A stretch of DNA of 41,901 nt from Kiritimatiellia bacterium (GTDB taxonomy: Bacteria > Verrucomicrobiota > Kiritimatiellia > RFP12 > UBA3636), in assembly GCA_017413145.1 (NCBI GenBank), contig JAFPUX010000546.1, positions 1 through 41,901 on the forward strand. Direction: 5' to 3'. Both the position numbers and the translations under genes were made by a program. Shown here piece by piece: positions 36,301 to 41,507 of this stretch (its first letter is position 1; every line of letters begins with the position of its first letter). The notes below the pieces were generated by a model. The model saw only the letters and a list, made by a program, of their open reading frames with translations. It made no database searches and had not been told where the DNA came from.

Positions 36301-37034
36301 ACGTTGGTGATCATGACGGTGGCCGAAGCGCCGCCCGTGTAGGCCGTGTCGCCGGTGAACGTGAACGTGATAGACGAGGGGTTGGCGCCGTCGAGCGCGT
36401 TGAAGGCGAAGTCGGCGCCGGCCGCGTGCTGGGGAACCGTGAGCGTCGCCTGGTCGTACGTCACGTGGGTGCCGTCGTCCGTCGACGCGATCTGGAACGT
36501 GACGGTCTGCGGCAGGTTGTAGCCGAAGTCGAGGTGGAGCTGCTGCTGGCCGCCTTCGGGGTAGTACAGGACCGTGCTGCCCTGGCGGGTGAAGACGATG
36601 TTGTCCGGCGCGGTGACGGTGACGTCCATCGTCGCGGACACGCCGCCGAGCATCACCGTGAGCGTCACGGTCCCGGGGGAGACCGGCTCGATGAAGAACG
36701 ACCCGAGGACCATCGTCATGGGAATCGAGATGCTCGTGCCGCCGGTCTCGGACATCTCGCCGGTCGTGGTGTTGACCTGGTGGAGCCGGATGACGAGCGG
36801 GTTCTGCGCGGTCGGATTCGGCACGTAGGCCAGCGCCGCGGCGGTCGGACCGACGTCGGCGGCGTCGCACATGAAGGAGACCATCTGCGGGGCGTCGTTC
36901 GCCGAAATCGTCATCGTCGTCGACATGAACGACGGCGCGGCGACGGCCGGCGCGGAGAGCAACCCGAACGCGAGCGCCAGCGCGGCGGACGCGAGGCGGG
37001 AGCGGAGGGAGGAGGCGTGGAGGAACTGCTTCAT
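24390..37034 (-). CDS. giant secreted surface protein (4214 aa) with many TSP3-type Ca-binding repeats, LamG/ConA-like, PKD-like and beta-sandwich modules
   Basis: The start is set at ATG 37034 (MKQFLHASSLRSRLASAALALAFGLLSAPAVAA signal peptide). It has at least 20 DxDxDG(L/M/W)xDxWE-type repeats by eye, a LamG-like block at about 30910-31640 (ALYFDG...IRIWDR), and a PKD-like VTVSDKDGG. It is one uninterrupted frame. Confidence 0.9.
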   Translation of the reverse strand: MKQFLHASSLRSRLASAALALAFGLLSAPAVAAPSFMSTTMTISANDAPQMVSFMCDAADVGPTAAALAYVPNPTAQNPLVIRLHQVNTTTGEMSETGGTSISIPMTMVLGSFFIEPVSPGTVTLTVMLGGVSATMDVTVTAPDNIVFTRQGSTVLYYPEGGQQQLHLDFGYNLPQTVTFQIASTDDGTHVTYDQATLTVPQHAAGADFAFNALDGANPSSITFTFTGDTAYTGGASATVMITNVAPVLQYPSRDPDNPTPVNALAGAPYNFSATATDASAADRATLQYHWSNSADTGANVSSRVSADGEIITVTVSDKDGGTSETGYFIVTLLESSKILFTDECTLSAIVTAGGNGTADFEINPATTRLDDASNPWNEATGNDFKAANNTMVRPILGEGTYPFGWMFPDPALASAPSDLYIPNPNVRAILINTPAAGAAATIRYFSSNPFKDYWNELTLERIDNFGDFDQDGLSDEWEAWYLDGGKDNATHSFDEWQTLAVTVGKGVYGSSGTAFVGGTFYNADDTADNDRVPTARYEEIDNVWTGDPYYAQDGDNKVRVFLYPLTGGGNYVDYGTHVGEEDVPFLSPSVTGRAYDVLASKRSGASKPFFSNILEFRGLQQTSSEISADIEHAPNWVSFGYPGILSRTNLAIRGNCPGTDPTVADTDGDGLEDGWEYYFWTTILYENKPQYWRAYDPTFTLYPNLAPGGSADFRATGFPLMRQALEGYEAEWDGGLFVRYAPQTFEPELIRDECYYGSPNLDPTTRSNKPNYLTNAPIAAVAYYDDPMDEEPTPAVVFMMGGLEVYTRDGHVDALGRAKLFYNPRQFADYIDAYGNPHISYAGQEGVYPSAIGADTEPGEIPGAYVDFLTGQFFLPGYDAFPTYIQEVIGSRDAELSASYRTLNGLFPKEWLLNQFDPRSEDGGLAPNIAQPNFGEILGALGLSANMWNPVNDLDGDGVPDADEFYLGTNPLHWDTDNDGLPDGWEILFDLDPHDPADATKNPDCDMMYVSGPYRHCDALLYDYFQQFYWNGAVSLGFIPGAGAHTAPVANPNIPFTSREEFYVQKWMIGKDDSGNWPMFTQLVYPSQWVDAGGEMVKSLNPRSDDSNQDNIPDGWALYAGYKPAGSIDLIDHVYAAFFPPNPFCPKPLRPDPDDQAGDGLGWRQEFENWTMYETRQAQIDAGAYLEEEQCVGHYHDADWYKPTAENWTNKLFPTDPWHGDTDGDGVADAAEYQEADYDYNGDGNPLVNLNPSSADTRFDRMGDAWHYYTGTYDTTNALGFGKLDVFGPYGDPDCDGLPNYQEYLAGAVYGWRYDKWYSPDHEELWVPFGEFQAPYSMKDEHLAGRIATDPWIAANYSIDPIPGTVERLYEVAMPLLGTVPIATDGYPYGKSVHFQPYRPSDFFRANPSDVRIDKIIKTVQCLEKRWQREITHVFKMDGSVLTAQGWDESNSPTLNDLARAEEDPQFKVSVIANYMQRVFALTHDVQCRFMLDQDPETGAELPTAFISIEEFYTLYDGTPCAENDLRDYMYSYGRAPAGWEPVDVQVVDPGPPVLWRFMAPKSIYPTCLPRSPDTDNDGMDDYWEIYHGLNPLYGGSPVVGKAGSYPEQDRADVHPWGNGSTRDWIINADPAYVRILDPTDAGLQPVPREDAPFHTPMGFPVAAAAHFDYKTRPWLAGDRFADPDQDGLANEEEGYDYLLNDVLHHTDPSPYWFTDPTYAESLVNLYYKVDGELGVTYWWWDLDLLESDADGPTYLFDFEINEGFDTDNDNISDREELTQGDNSGVTDPLDLDSPRNRKALYFDGHAAARTRNPYYHDKFSLTSYTVEFWVRPQELPAPGKRATLVQRPVLMPVDDSSGATHWRIRNTFLIQLDNLGRIIAQVDNDALETVSSVTAVSTGRLVPNHWAHVAVVMDSVGDRLAIYVNGEYAGSVGAGLKPCTGGLFGRQWQSPTGLDGRWETANLYDYSPAPIVLGANDRNPWGVVGGAYETFPWGTAMGSTVSGQSEPDFDPDQYFVGWMDEIRIWDRCRTHSEIKNAMTKRFTKEDIEEVNRKRLAWELDGWEPDRVGTNLLKATTMSDFPQKLLYHYTFDNLPDVMPARDRDTSFAEYFTADADPFPAGWQSDTVSAYRPTPFWTAPFWYHYRSLVFPHLVPWWYTAQHRSNIYTDYSYVPWIENTVAHMPQTPALDMKGLHPNWNEGTWTVSSYRYRSPLDWENDAMIAPNFIPYRQDDVVPAALPAAGSTDVQLGQIRNSMNPYGMFYRTAVSGPMEIAPNAFLGKLDYYGRYTGVPVLSDMLPLMDAVADIDVELWDGKGRGTAIEGVDTDGDGMPDWWEIAYGLDPNSADGANGAYGDPDGDGLDNYAEYLARTSPYRYDTDSDGYSDYYSRPDNRSLTYGELYDDGDGMDNAWEIRFGLDPNRHDGNADLDGDGWTNWEEYMAGTDPDRADIFPQPRFNATFYYNGENVFADEEQTAVGVPYIDAYSEKTTGVEKDDPLKGRAKMGGWYDGRYRGTIAEGGEFVKAGEGVGLNLGGVTRTFSLTANLNNVNIGVGTASISYMLNGSTTRSDFKTYATDPDYGAFLDNKGKGSLGLLHWATGTIYLDPGSDVVGSEFTVEYSVGGRSFPYSVNGMTRVVAGTHDHMVSGYNRFLGWLELNDNGKWDPGLEPMGLSIPRPSLVSWDSIETTIPLTDSLWDFPRLDWSGATEALTNLVATAYEVTFSYVADVSDDPDQHHSTTNMVGGGAYGDIDGDGLDPYQEDCAGTDVDKMDSAGDGRMDYDSQSAAGTLTWGELYDDGDMMPPRWEIDNGLDPDRYDAEGDLDDDGWTNYEEYLAGTDPRSATSFPTPKMSVEFLYAGEYAAATNGAANPALATYSQRRKGTFVDGNRSRGIYMGGTPDGVYTMGDGVAASGLVIGSDGTRAVEGVSFAATKLPLGNVVSATISVRMADDDPTKDVTYPSSPFNPELLQFANEAGGNALYLEMEAGYVLGTGDFVGKQFAIEYQVDGYTYPIEVGGFIRTKGTHAVGGYNRFFGWLDGDGDGTWSEGEPAGLSLYNAVLVGPDSVKTTVPLTDELFGFPRISWPASTNDNVTSYKVNIWAGNDLMAVPSDDDDDDKTGITVEAPRTFIHEGDYIEAGIRGIDLFDLGTEESDRYTWTVVADNGQGEKDVVAKGDFILALAPNHGPRRTMKAVAPVAGSTVCGSLVEFKWEMDWRTEGVFFTVKNSSGAAVAGLNELYVPFPVRHGRTTDDDYYYTYVPQLENGRSIVSLPSGTYTYTIKENLRTTAVQPQSVTGAFTIDNEQDGSRVRAAIKGHVHYYGRLGAALVPGKTVVQAYPLPSTASTSLGVSGNPVARAVPDANGRFELHGLSAGKYAVVGWVDSDSDGRFGPGDTQGWGFLGGSACPIQVPSWCPPLLITNSTLRVAVDLDDVHVVLRDRDTDGDGKPESWTGNAAAWKAAALRTLPAAVPAGFDWVNTYLFSTTRVARADVSTSTTSSQTITRNVYKCVVDAPRTFFHEEDLLRATQIAPLENYGTPVGYGFLLGETNVIDVTWKVAATDGPRKQDIAGGVFQIYGGTDDNRRALKARYPTQLTKVRGNVVEFEWEMDSRNAGVRFDLYKLSGPDDETGTPVVEDLTVGFPLCHGKPGTDLYYYTATPQLEDPKHFLELEDGYYMYRLTERTRVQPTVFRRQVVQEKFQLDNSGENRGLYTAEGTIRYYGKVMQRETVAELGTSGGVAADNTFDATVDPSVLAPGAMGILLVRDPQGDETSDNGYSGEGDWAEEFFNDSAADGIFYASSTRDPASSVWSGTIDYESGAIHLEFAKKPADGLRVVLVKKTFPCDLVLQVFKLADQAKTSTSVSGVPVAQFVREAKGAFAVSNLVGGVYAIRAFLDSNENGVADDWETQGVAVQTGTVSPNLDPAASPIDIRDDVKGLMIVLHDRDTDNDLLPDAWEWWKLRGTLSVSGYETSSAGGLAYWQEYADGVLDSDPRTPDTDLDGLTDAMEILVTGTDTHLSDTDGDGVGDLEEFLAGSDPNDPASKARYTVPALAFDADGVPYVDVAYPALRPGVVLTYELQRKAALGDPAWETVASHDVANDDGAVFYSVTDGVNDHLSEPGVARMLPADQAEGVDFTTGFYRVKIYADYGKMVDNGDGTWSYWTWLKNANGSFEFREAARGEGVLVRDADGNWRFVEPGAAKPSGTLYRDPDGGWKFVR

Positions 37035-37083
37035 GGCGTTTCTTCTTTCTTCCGTTGGGGAGAGGGTTTGAAAGGGGGCTTTC

Positions 37084-37119
37084 GGTCGAGGGGTCACAGG
37101 ATCGGAGGGTCGAAGGGTC
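37084..37119. promoter_or_regulatory. direct repeat GGTCGAGGGGTC / GGTCGAAGGGTC upstream of the giant gene
   Basis: Two 12-mers (37084-37095 and 37108-37119) share 11/12 positions with starts 24 nt apart. They lie in the 105-nt gap before ATG 37034. Confidence 0.35.
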
Positions 37120-37139
37120 TGACGGTCGTTCGGCTTCGT

Positions 37140-37889
37140 TTATTCGGCGGCGGGCGCGGGCACGGGCGCCGGCACCGGGGCGGGCGCGGGACGGACCGGT
37201 GGCGCATCGGTGCGGCCCGGAGGGAGCGGAAGACCGGGGATGGGCGACCGGGGCGCGGCGGGCGCGGCGGTGCGGGCGCGCTCCATGAGGTTGGAGAAGG
37301 CCTCGGGCGTCATGCCGGCGGCGGCGGCCTGCTCCTCCGGGGTCGTGGGCGCGGGATGGTCCTTGTCCCAGGCGGCGCGCTGGGCGGCCATGCGCTTGTG
37401 CATCGCGGCCACGACCTCCCTGTTGAGGGACTTCTGGCTGGCCTCGACGGCCTTCCGCGCCGGCTCGATCCGGTCGGCGATCGCCTTGAGGGCCTCGTCC
37501 TCGCGGTAGATTTTCTCGAGCGCGTTGGTCGCGGCGGCGAACTCTTCCTGCAGTTCCGCGATGCGGGCGCGGAGCTTGCCGGCCTCCTCGTTCTCCCGGC
37601 AGATCGCATCCTTGCGGTCCTGCGCCTCGTCGTCGAGACGGAGCAGCTCCTGCTCGGCCTCGTCGCGGGCGGCCTTGAACTCGGCCATCTTGCGGATGTG
37701 CTCCTTCTCGTCCGCCGGAAGCGCGTCCCACTTCGGACCGTGAGGCAGCAGGACGCGCCCGGGCGCGGGGAGCGCGGGCTTCGCGGCGGCGGCCGGTGCC
37801 GCTTCCGGCGCGGGCGCGGCGGCCGGTGCCGGGTCCTGCGCAAGCGCGGGAAGCGCGAGCAGGGCGAGGAGGGGGAGGATGTATTTCAT
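37140..37889 (-). CDS. secreted coiled-coil protein with Pro/Ala-rich ends
   Basis: 249 aa. Signal peptide MKYILPLLALLALPALA, a central charged helical region and a PAPVPAPVPAPAAE tail. Confidence 0.8.
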   Translation of the reverse strand: MKYILPLLALLALPALAQDPAPAAAPAPEAAPAAAAKPALPAPGRVLLPHGPKWDALPADEKEHIRKMAEFKAARDEAEQELLRLDDEAQDRKDAICRENEEAGKLRARIAELQEEFAAATNALEKIYREDEALKAIADRIEPARKAVEASQKSLNREVVAAMHKRMAAQRAAWDKDHPAPTTPEEQAAAAGMTPEAFSNLMERARTAAPAAPRSPIPGLPLPPGRTDAPPVRPAPAPVPAPVPAPAAE

Positions 37890-37898
37890 CGGTTGCGT

Positions 37899-37930
37899 GG
37901 AAAAGCGGAAAGGTGGAAAAGCGGAAAAGC
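37899..37930. repeat. tandem octamer GGAAAAGC x4 (minus strand GCTTTTCC)
   Basis: Four back-to-back 8-mers, of which the second is GGAAAGGT. They fill most of the 50-nt spacer between the NHL-protein stop and the next ATG (37889). Confidence 0.8.
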
Positions 37931-37939
37931 GGGACGGCC

Positions 37940-40900
37940 TCAGGGCTGGACGATGCGGTAGAAACGGACGTCGCCGCCGCCCGCGGAATTGACGGTGATC
38001 TCGACGGAGGTTTCGCCGGCGAGGAACCGGTCGCCGACCTTCTTGGACGTGCCGAGCTTCGTCCAGGGGCCGCCCAGGGACGTGGCGGACTCCAGCGTGA
38101 CGGTGTCGCTCGCGAGGGGCGTGCCGTACTCCAGCGTGACGACGAACGTCACGTTGTTGCCCGCGATCCTCGTGAAGCGGGCCGCGTAGACGGCGTCGGA
38201 TTCGTCACCGCCGCCGCCACCGTCGTACGACCAGCGGTCGGCCGTGCCGGACGTGTCGGGCGCCGTCGGGAACGTGATGATCGCGGCGGCGCCGTCCTTG
38301 TCGAGGACGGTGCAGACCGCGATGAACGGAGCGTTGTTGAGGTCGGTGGTGGCGAGGATGCCGTCCTCGTCGTAGCCGTAGGGCACGATCGCATCCCGGC
38401 CGACCGCGACGAGAAGTTCGACCGTGTTCGTGACGGGACCGCTCGTCTCCGTCCCCGTGACGACCGACGCGGTGGTGTTCTGGACGGCCTGGACGGACGG
38501 GCCCTCGGACCACTGGTCGGACGCGGAGTCGGCCCATTCGTTGTTGTAGACGGCCCAGTCGAGATTGTTCGCGGCCCAGTTGATGTTGGTCGAGGCCCAC
38601 CACAGGTAGCGCAGGTCCTCGTCCGCGTCGACCCAGTCGCGGGCGTCGACGTGCATCCCCTGGACGTAGAGGATGGGGCCGCTCATCGTGTACACGACGT
38701 AGCCGGAGAAGACGGCGTTGGTGATCGCGGGGGCGACGTTGTCGACGGCCAGCGTCGCGTTCGTCGACCAGCCGCCGGACGAGACGGAAAGCGAGTAGAC
38801 CGGCACGACGGCGACCCGGTTGGTGACGGCCGAAACGGCGGCCTGGGAGCCCTCGGCCGCCCAGTTGCCGAACTGGTCGCGCCAGGAGACCTCCTCCTCG
38901 TAGTCGACGATGCCGTCGTCGGCCGTGAACGTGAGGACGCCCTCCGTCGCGCCGGCGGGGACCGTGACGGTCGCGGCCACGGGGGTGACGGCGCCGGCGG
39001 CGTCCGCCACCGAAAGCGTGTAGGTCCGGTCCTTGCGGGACGGGGCGACGGTGAACCGGAGCTCGTTCTCGAAACCCTGGAGCTCGCGGACGACGAGGGC
39101 GGGCGTCGCGGAGCCGGACGAACGGTCCCACCAGGCGGCGCCGTTCGTCACGGACAGGTCGCGGGCCGCCAGCCCGTGCCAGGTCTCGTCGTCCGACGGC
39201 CAGCGAACGGCCATCGCGAGGATCTCTTCGGAATCGAGGGAGTCGAGCCCGACCTCGTAGACGCGGACGCGGCGGGCCCCCGAATCCGCGACCGCGAGGA
39301 CGGCCTCGCCGTCGCTTCCGAAGACGCCCTTCGGGTTGTTGAGGGCCTCGGACGAAGCCGTGACGAAGAGCGGGAACGCCGTTTCCTCGAGGCGGTACCA
39401 GTTCGTCACCGCGTCCAGGACGACGAACTGCAGCTCCGGATCCTCGGGCAGGCCGTCCGGGGTCGTGGGGACGCGGAGGTTGGTGCCGAGCCAGTTGGTC
39501 TGGACGAACGACGAGTTCGGATCGAACGCCTGGACGCGGTTGTTGGCCGTGTCGGCGACGAGCAGGATCGGGCCGCCGTCGTCCGGCCGCCAGACGGCGG
39601 CGTCCGCCGGGTTGGACAGGAGCCCGAACGCGGAACCCGACTTGTTCGTGACGCCGGCCATGAAGCCGTCGTGGAAGACCGGCGTCCGGTCCGCAAGCGT
39701 CGTCCAGGACGCGGGCGTGCCGCCCGGAGAGAGGTAGCGGAAGACCGCATGGGCGTCCGGAACGGTCGCGTACACGTCGCCCGTCTCCGCGTCCACGGCG
39801 ATGCCGCGGACGCCACGGTCCAAGTCGCCGACGGGGAACAGCTTCGCCGGAGTCTCCGGATCGGATCCGAACACGAGGAGCGCGGAACGTTCCGCCTGGA
39901 AATCTTCCGACACGATCGACGCGACGAAGCCCGCGTCGCCGAGGAACGCCACGTCCGTCGCGGTCGAAAGGTAGTTGGCGTTGGTCGTCGTCGAATACCG
40001 CCAGACGTAGTTCGTCAGCGAGTAGAAGTTGGTGGTGACGGAATACCGGTCGAAGATCCGCAAGATGGTGTACTCGAAGCCCGGGATGAACAGGGACGTG
40101 TCGTTCTCGTCGATGAAGAGCGGCTCCTCGAGGCCCGTCTGGGAAACGATGTTGGTCTGCGTCTCGAGCGTGGGCGAGTTCTGGAGGACGAGCACCCAGT
40201 TGGTGAAGACGTTCCGGTCCAGGAGGTTCGTCGTGCAGGAAAAGAAGCGGTTGGTCGTGACGGCCGCGATCGTGCCGTCGGAATAGTAGTTCGTGGTGAC
40301 GAGGATGTCGGGGTACGAGTAGATCCGGTCCTGGATCTGCTGCATGCCGTTCGTCGTCACGTAGAACGCGTTCTTGAACTCGTCGGCGAGGGTGATCGAC
40401 ACGGACGAGAGGGCGCCGTCCGTCCCCGCCGTCTCGGCGAAGTCGTAGACTTGGATCGACGGGCTGTACTGGTTGAGACCCTGGCTGATGAACTCGCCCA
40501 CGCTCAGCACCGCGAACTTGTTTTCCGACGGGTGCTTGTCGAAACCGACGGGTTGCTTGAAGACGATGCCGTCCCCCGCGGCGTCCACGCCGAAGAAACG
40601 CTGGGGACGCTGCTGCTCGATTTGCACCGACGTGAAGGGCGTCATCGCGTCGCCGTTCTTGGGGAGCAGCAACTCGAGGCCTTCGTCCGAACGCTGCCAG
40701 ACGCGGACCGACTTGCCCGCCGTGTCGAGTTCGTAGACGCCGAGGTCCGTGAGGAACGCGGACGCCGGCGTGCGGCCGTTGACGGGTTGCGAAAACGCCG
40801 CGACGGGATGGAGCTGCGCGACGGGCACGCCGGCGGACGAAACCGCCGCCCAGCACAGCAGGACCGGAAGCGCGAGGAACGCGCCGCGGTTCCGTCGCGG

Positions 40901-40993
40901 GAAGGAGAAGGGGGATTGTGCGCGGGTCATGGGATTCCGAGGGCTGAAGGGGGACCGGGACAAGCGACACTGCGCCCTTGGGGCGCTCGTCAT
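37940..40993 (-). CDS. secreted NHL-repeat / Calx-like / PKD-like protein
   Basis: 1017 aa if started at ATG 40993 (7 nt after a TGCTATCAT -10). The alternative start is ATG 40930, directly before the hydrophobic signal (AFLALPVLLCWAAVSSAG). It has NHL-type motifs (LLVADTANNRVQAFD, VADSGARRVRVYEV) and a C-terminal NVAP...LDKDG PKD-like module. Confidence 0.85.
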   Translation of the reverse strand: MTSAPRAQCRLSRSPFSPRNPMTRAQSPFSFPRRNRGAFLALPVLLCWAAVSSAGVPVAQLHPVAAFSQPVNGRTPASAFLTDLGVYELDTAGKSVRVWQRSDEGLELLLPKNGDAMTPFTSVQIEQQRPQRFFGVDAAGDGIVFKQPVGFDKHPSENKFAVLSVGEFISQGLNQYSPSIQVYDFAETAGTDGALSSVSITLADEFKNAFYVTTNGMQQIQDRIYSYPDILVTTNYYSDGTIAAVTTNRFFSCTTNLLDRNVFTNWVLVLQNSPTLETQTNIVSQTGLEEPLFIDENDTSLFIPGFEYTILRIFDRYSVTTNFYSLTNYVWRYSTTTNANYLSTATDVAFLGDAGFVASIVSEDFQAERSALLVFGSDPETPAKLFPVGDLDRGVRGIAVDAETGDVYATVPDAHAVFRYLSPGGTPASWTTLADRTPVFHDGFMAGVTNKSGSAFGLLSNPADAAVWRPDDGGPILLVADTANNRVQAFDPNSSFVQTNWLGTNLRVPTTPDGLPEDPELQFVVLDAVTNWYRLEETAFPLFVTASSEALNNPKGVFGSDGEAVLAVADSGARRVRVYEVGLDSLDSEEILAMAVRWPSDDETWHGLAARDLSVTNGAAWWDRSSGSATPALVVRELQGFENELRFTVAPSRKDRTYTLSVADAAGAVTPVAATVTVPAGATEGVLTFTADDGIVDYEEEVSWRDQFGNWAAEGSQAAVSAVTNRVAVVPVYSLSVSSGGWSTNATLAVDNVAPAITNAVFSGYVVYTMSGPILYVQGMHVDARDWVDADEDLRYLWWASTNINWAANNLDWAVYNNEWADSASDQWSEGPSVQAVQNTTASVVTGTETSGPVTNTVELLVAVGRDAIVPYGYDEDGILATTDLNNAPFIAVCTVLDKDGAAAIITFPTAPDTSGTADRWSYDGGGGGDESDAVYAARFTRIAGNNVTFVVTLEYGTPLASDTVTLESATSLGGPWTKLGTSKKVGDRFLAGETSVEITVNSAGGGDVRFYRIVQP

Positions 40994-41000
40994 GGGTCGA

Positions 41001-41009
41001 ATGATAGCA
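41001..41009 (-). promoter_or_regulatory. extended -10 TGCTATCAT, 7 nt before ATG 40993
   Basis: The minus strand reads TGCTATCAT-tcgaccc-ATG. Confidence 0.5.
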
Positions 41010-41227
41010 CATCCCCGTGCGCGGGGCAAGGGAAACTTCATCCGCGCCCGCGTAGGGAGCGCCGCAATCGCCCGCCATCGTCCAAGACAGTCCGGCCCCA
41101 CCCTGTCGCATTTGCCACGAAGATGTCAGTTTCATCCATTGTTTCCGTTTCGTCCGTCCGTGTTTGCAAAAATGGTCGCATTCCGATTCCCGGCCTCGCG
41201 ACACCACGGAACGACCGATGCATTCGA

Positions 41228-41256
41228 TTGACTGTTTTGCACTGTAAAACTAGATT
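41228..41256 (+). promoter_or_regulatory. candidate promoter TTGACT-17 nt-TAGATT
   Basis: It lies in the divergent intergenic region, about 250 nt upstream of the partial ORF at 41508. Confidence 0.3.
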
Positions 41257-41286
41257 CTCCGACCGTGCAGGAAACAATGAAGCTTC

Positions 41287-41327
41287 GCAGGGTCTCCGGG
41301 TGCGTTGCACGCACCCGGAGACCCTGC
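41287..41327. repeat. perfect 18-bp-arm inverted repeat (hairpin) with a 5-nt loop
   Basis: GCAGGGTCTCCGGGTGCG-TTGCA-CGCACCCGGAGACCCTGC, with no mismatch. Confidence 0.85.
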
Positions 41328-41507
41328 ATCGGCCCGAATTCGCGGCTGCGCCGCTCAATGCCGTTGCGCAACGGATTCGAATGCTCCGGCGAACGATGAG
41401 CCTTGACAAACGCCCGGATTCCCGCCATGATTCGACTCCGACTGCGACCGGAGTCTCGGATTCCCGGATTTTCGGATTCTCGCCGGACTTCCAACTTTCA
41501 ACTTTCC

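Noticed and set aside
24702-37961. Very long plus-strand ORFs (1375 aa at 24702-28829 and 3043 aa at 28830-37961) antisense to the giant gene and its neighbours.
   Set aside because: Their translations are low-complexity R/G/V/E/D strings with no domain-like segments. They mirror a GC3-rich minus-strand gene, where stop codons are rare in the antisense frame, whereas the minus-strand frame has a signal peptide and coherent repeats.
40840-40930. Possible twin-arginine (Tat) signal in the NHL protein N-terminus (SFPRRNRGAFLAL).
   Set aside because: The RR is followed by NRGAFL, which does not fit the S/T-R-R-x-F-L-K consensus well. It is treated as an ordinary Sec-type signal with a long n-region.
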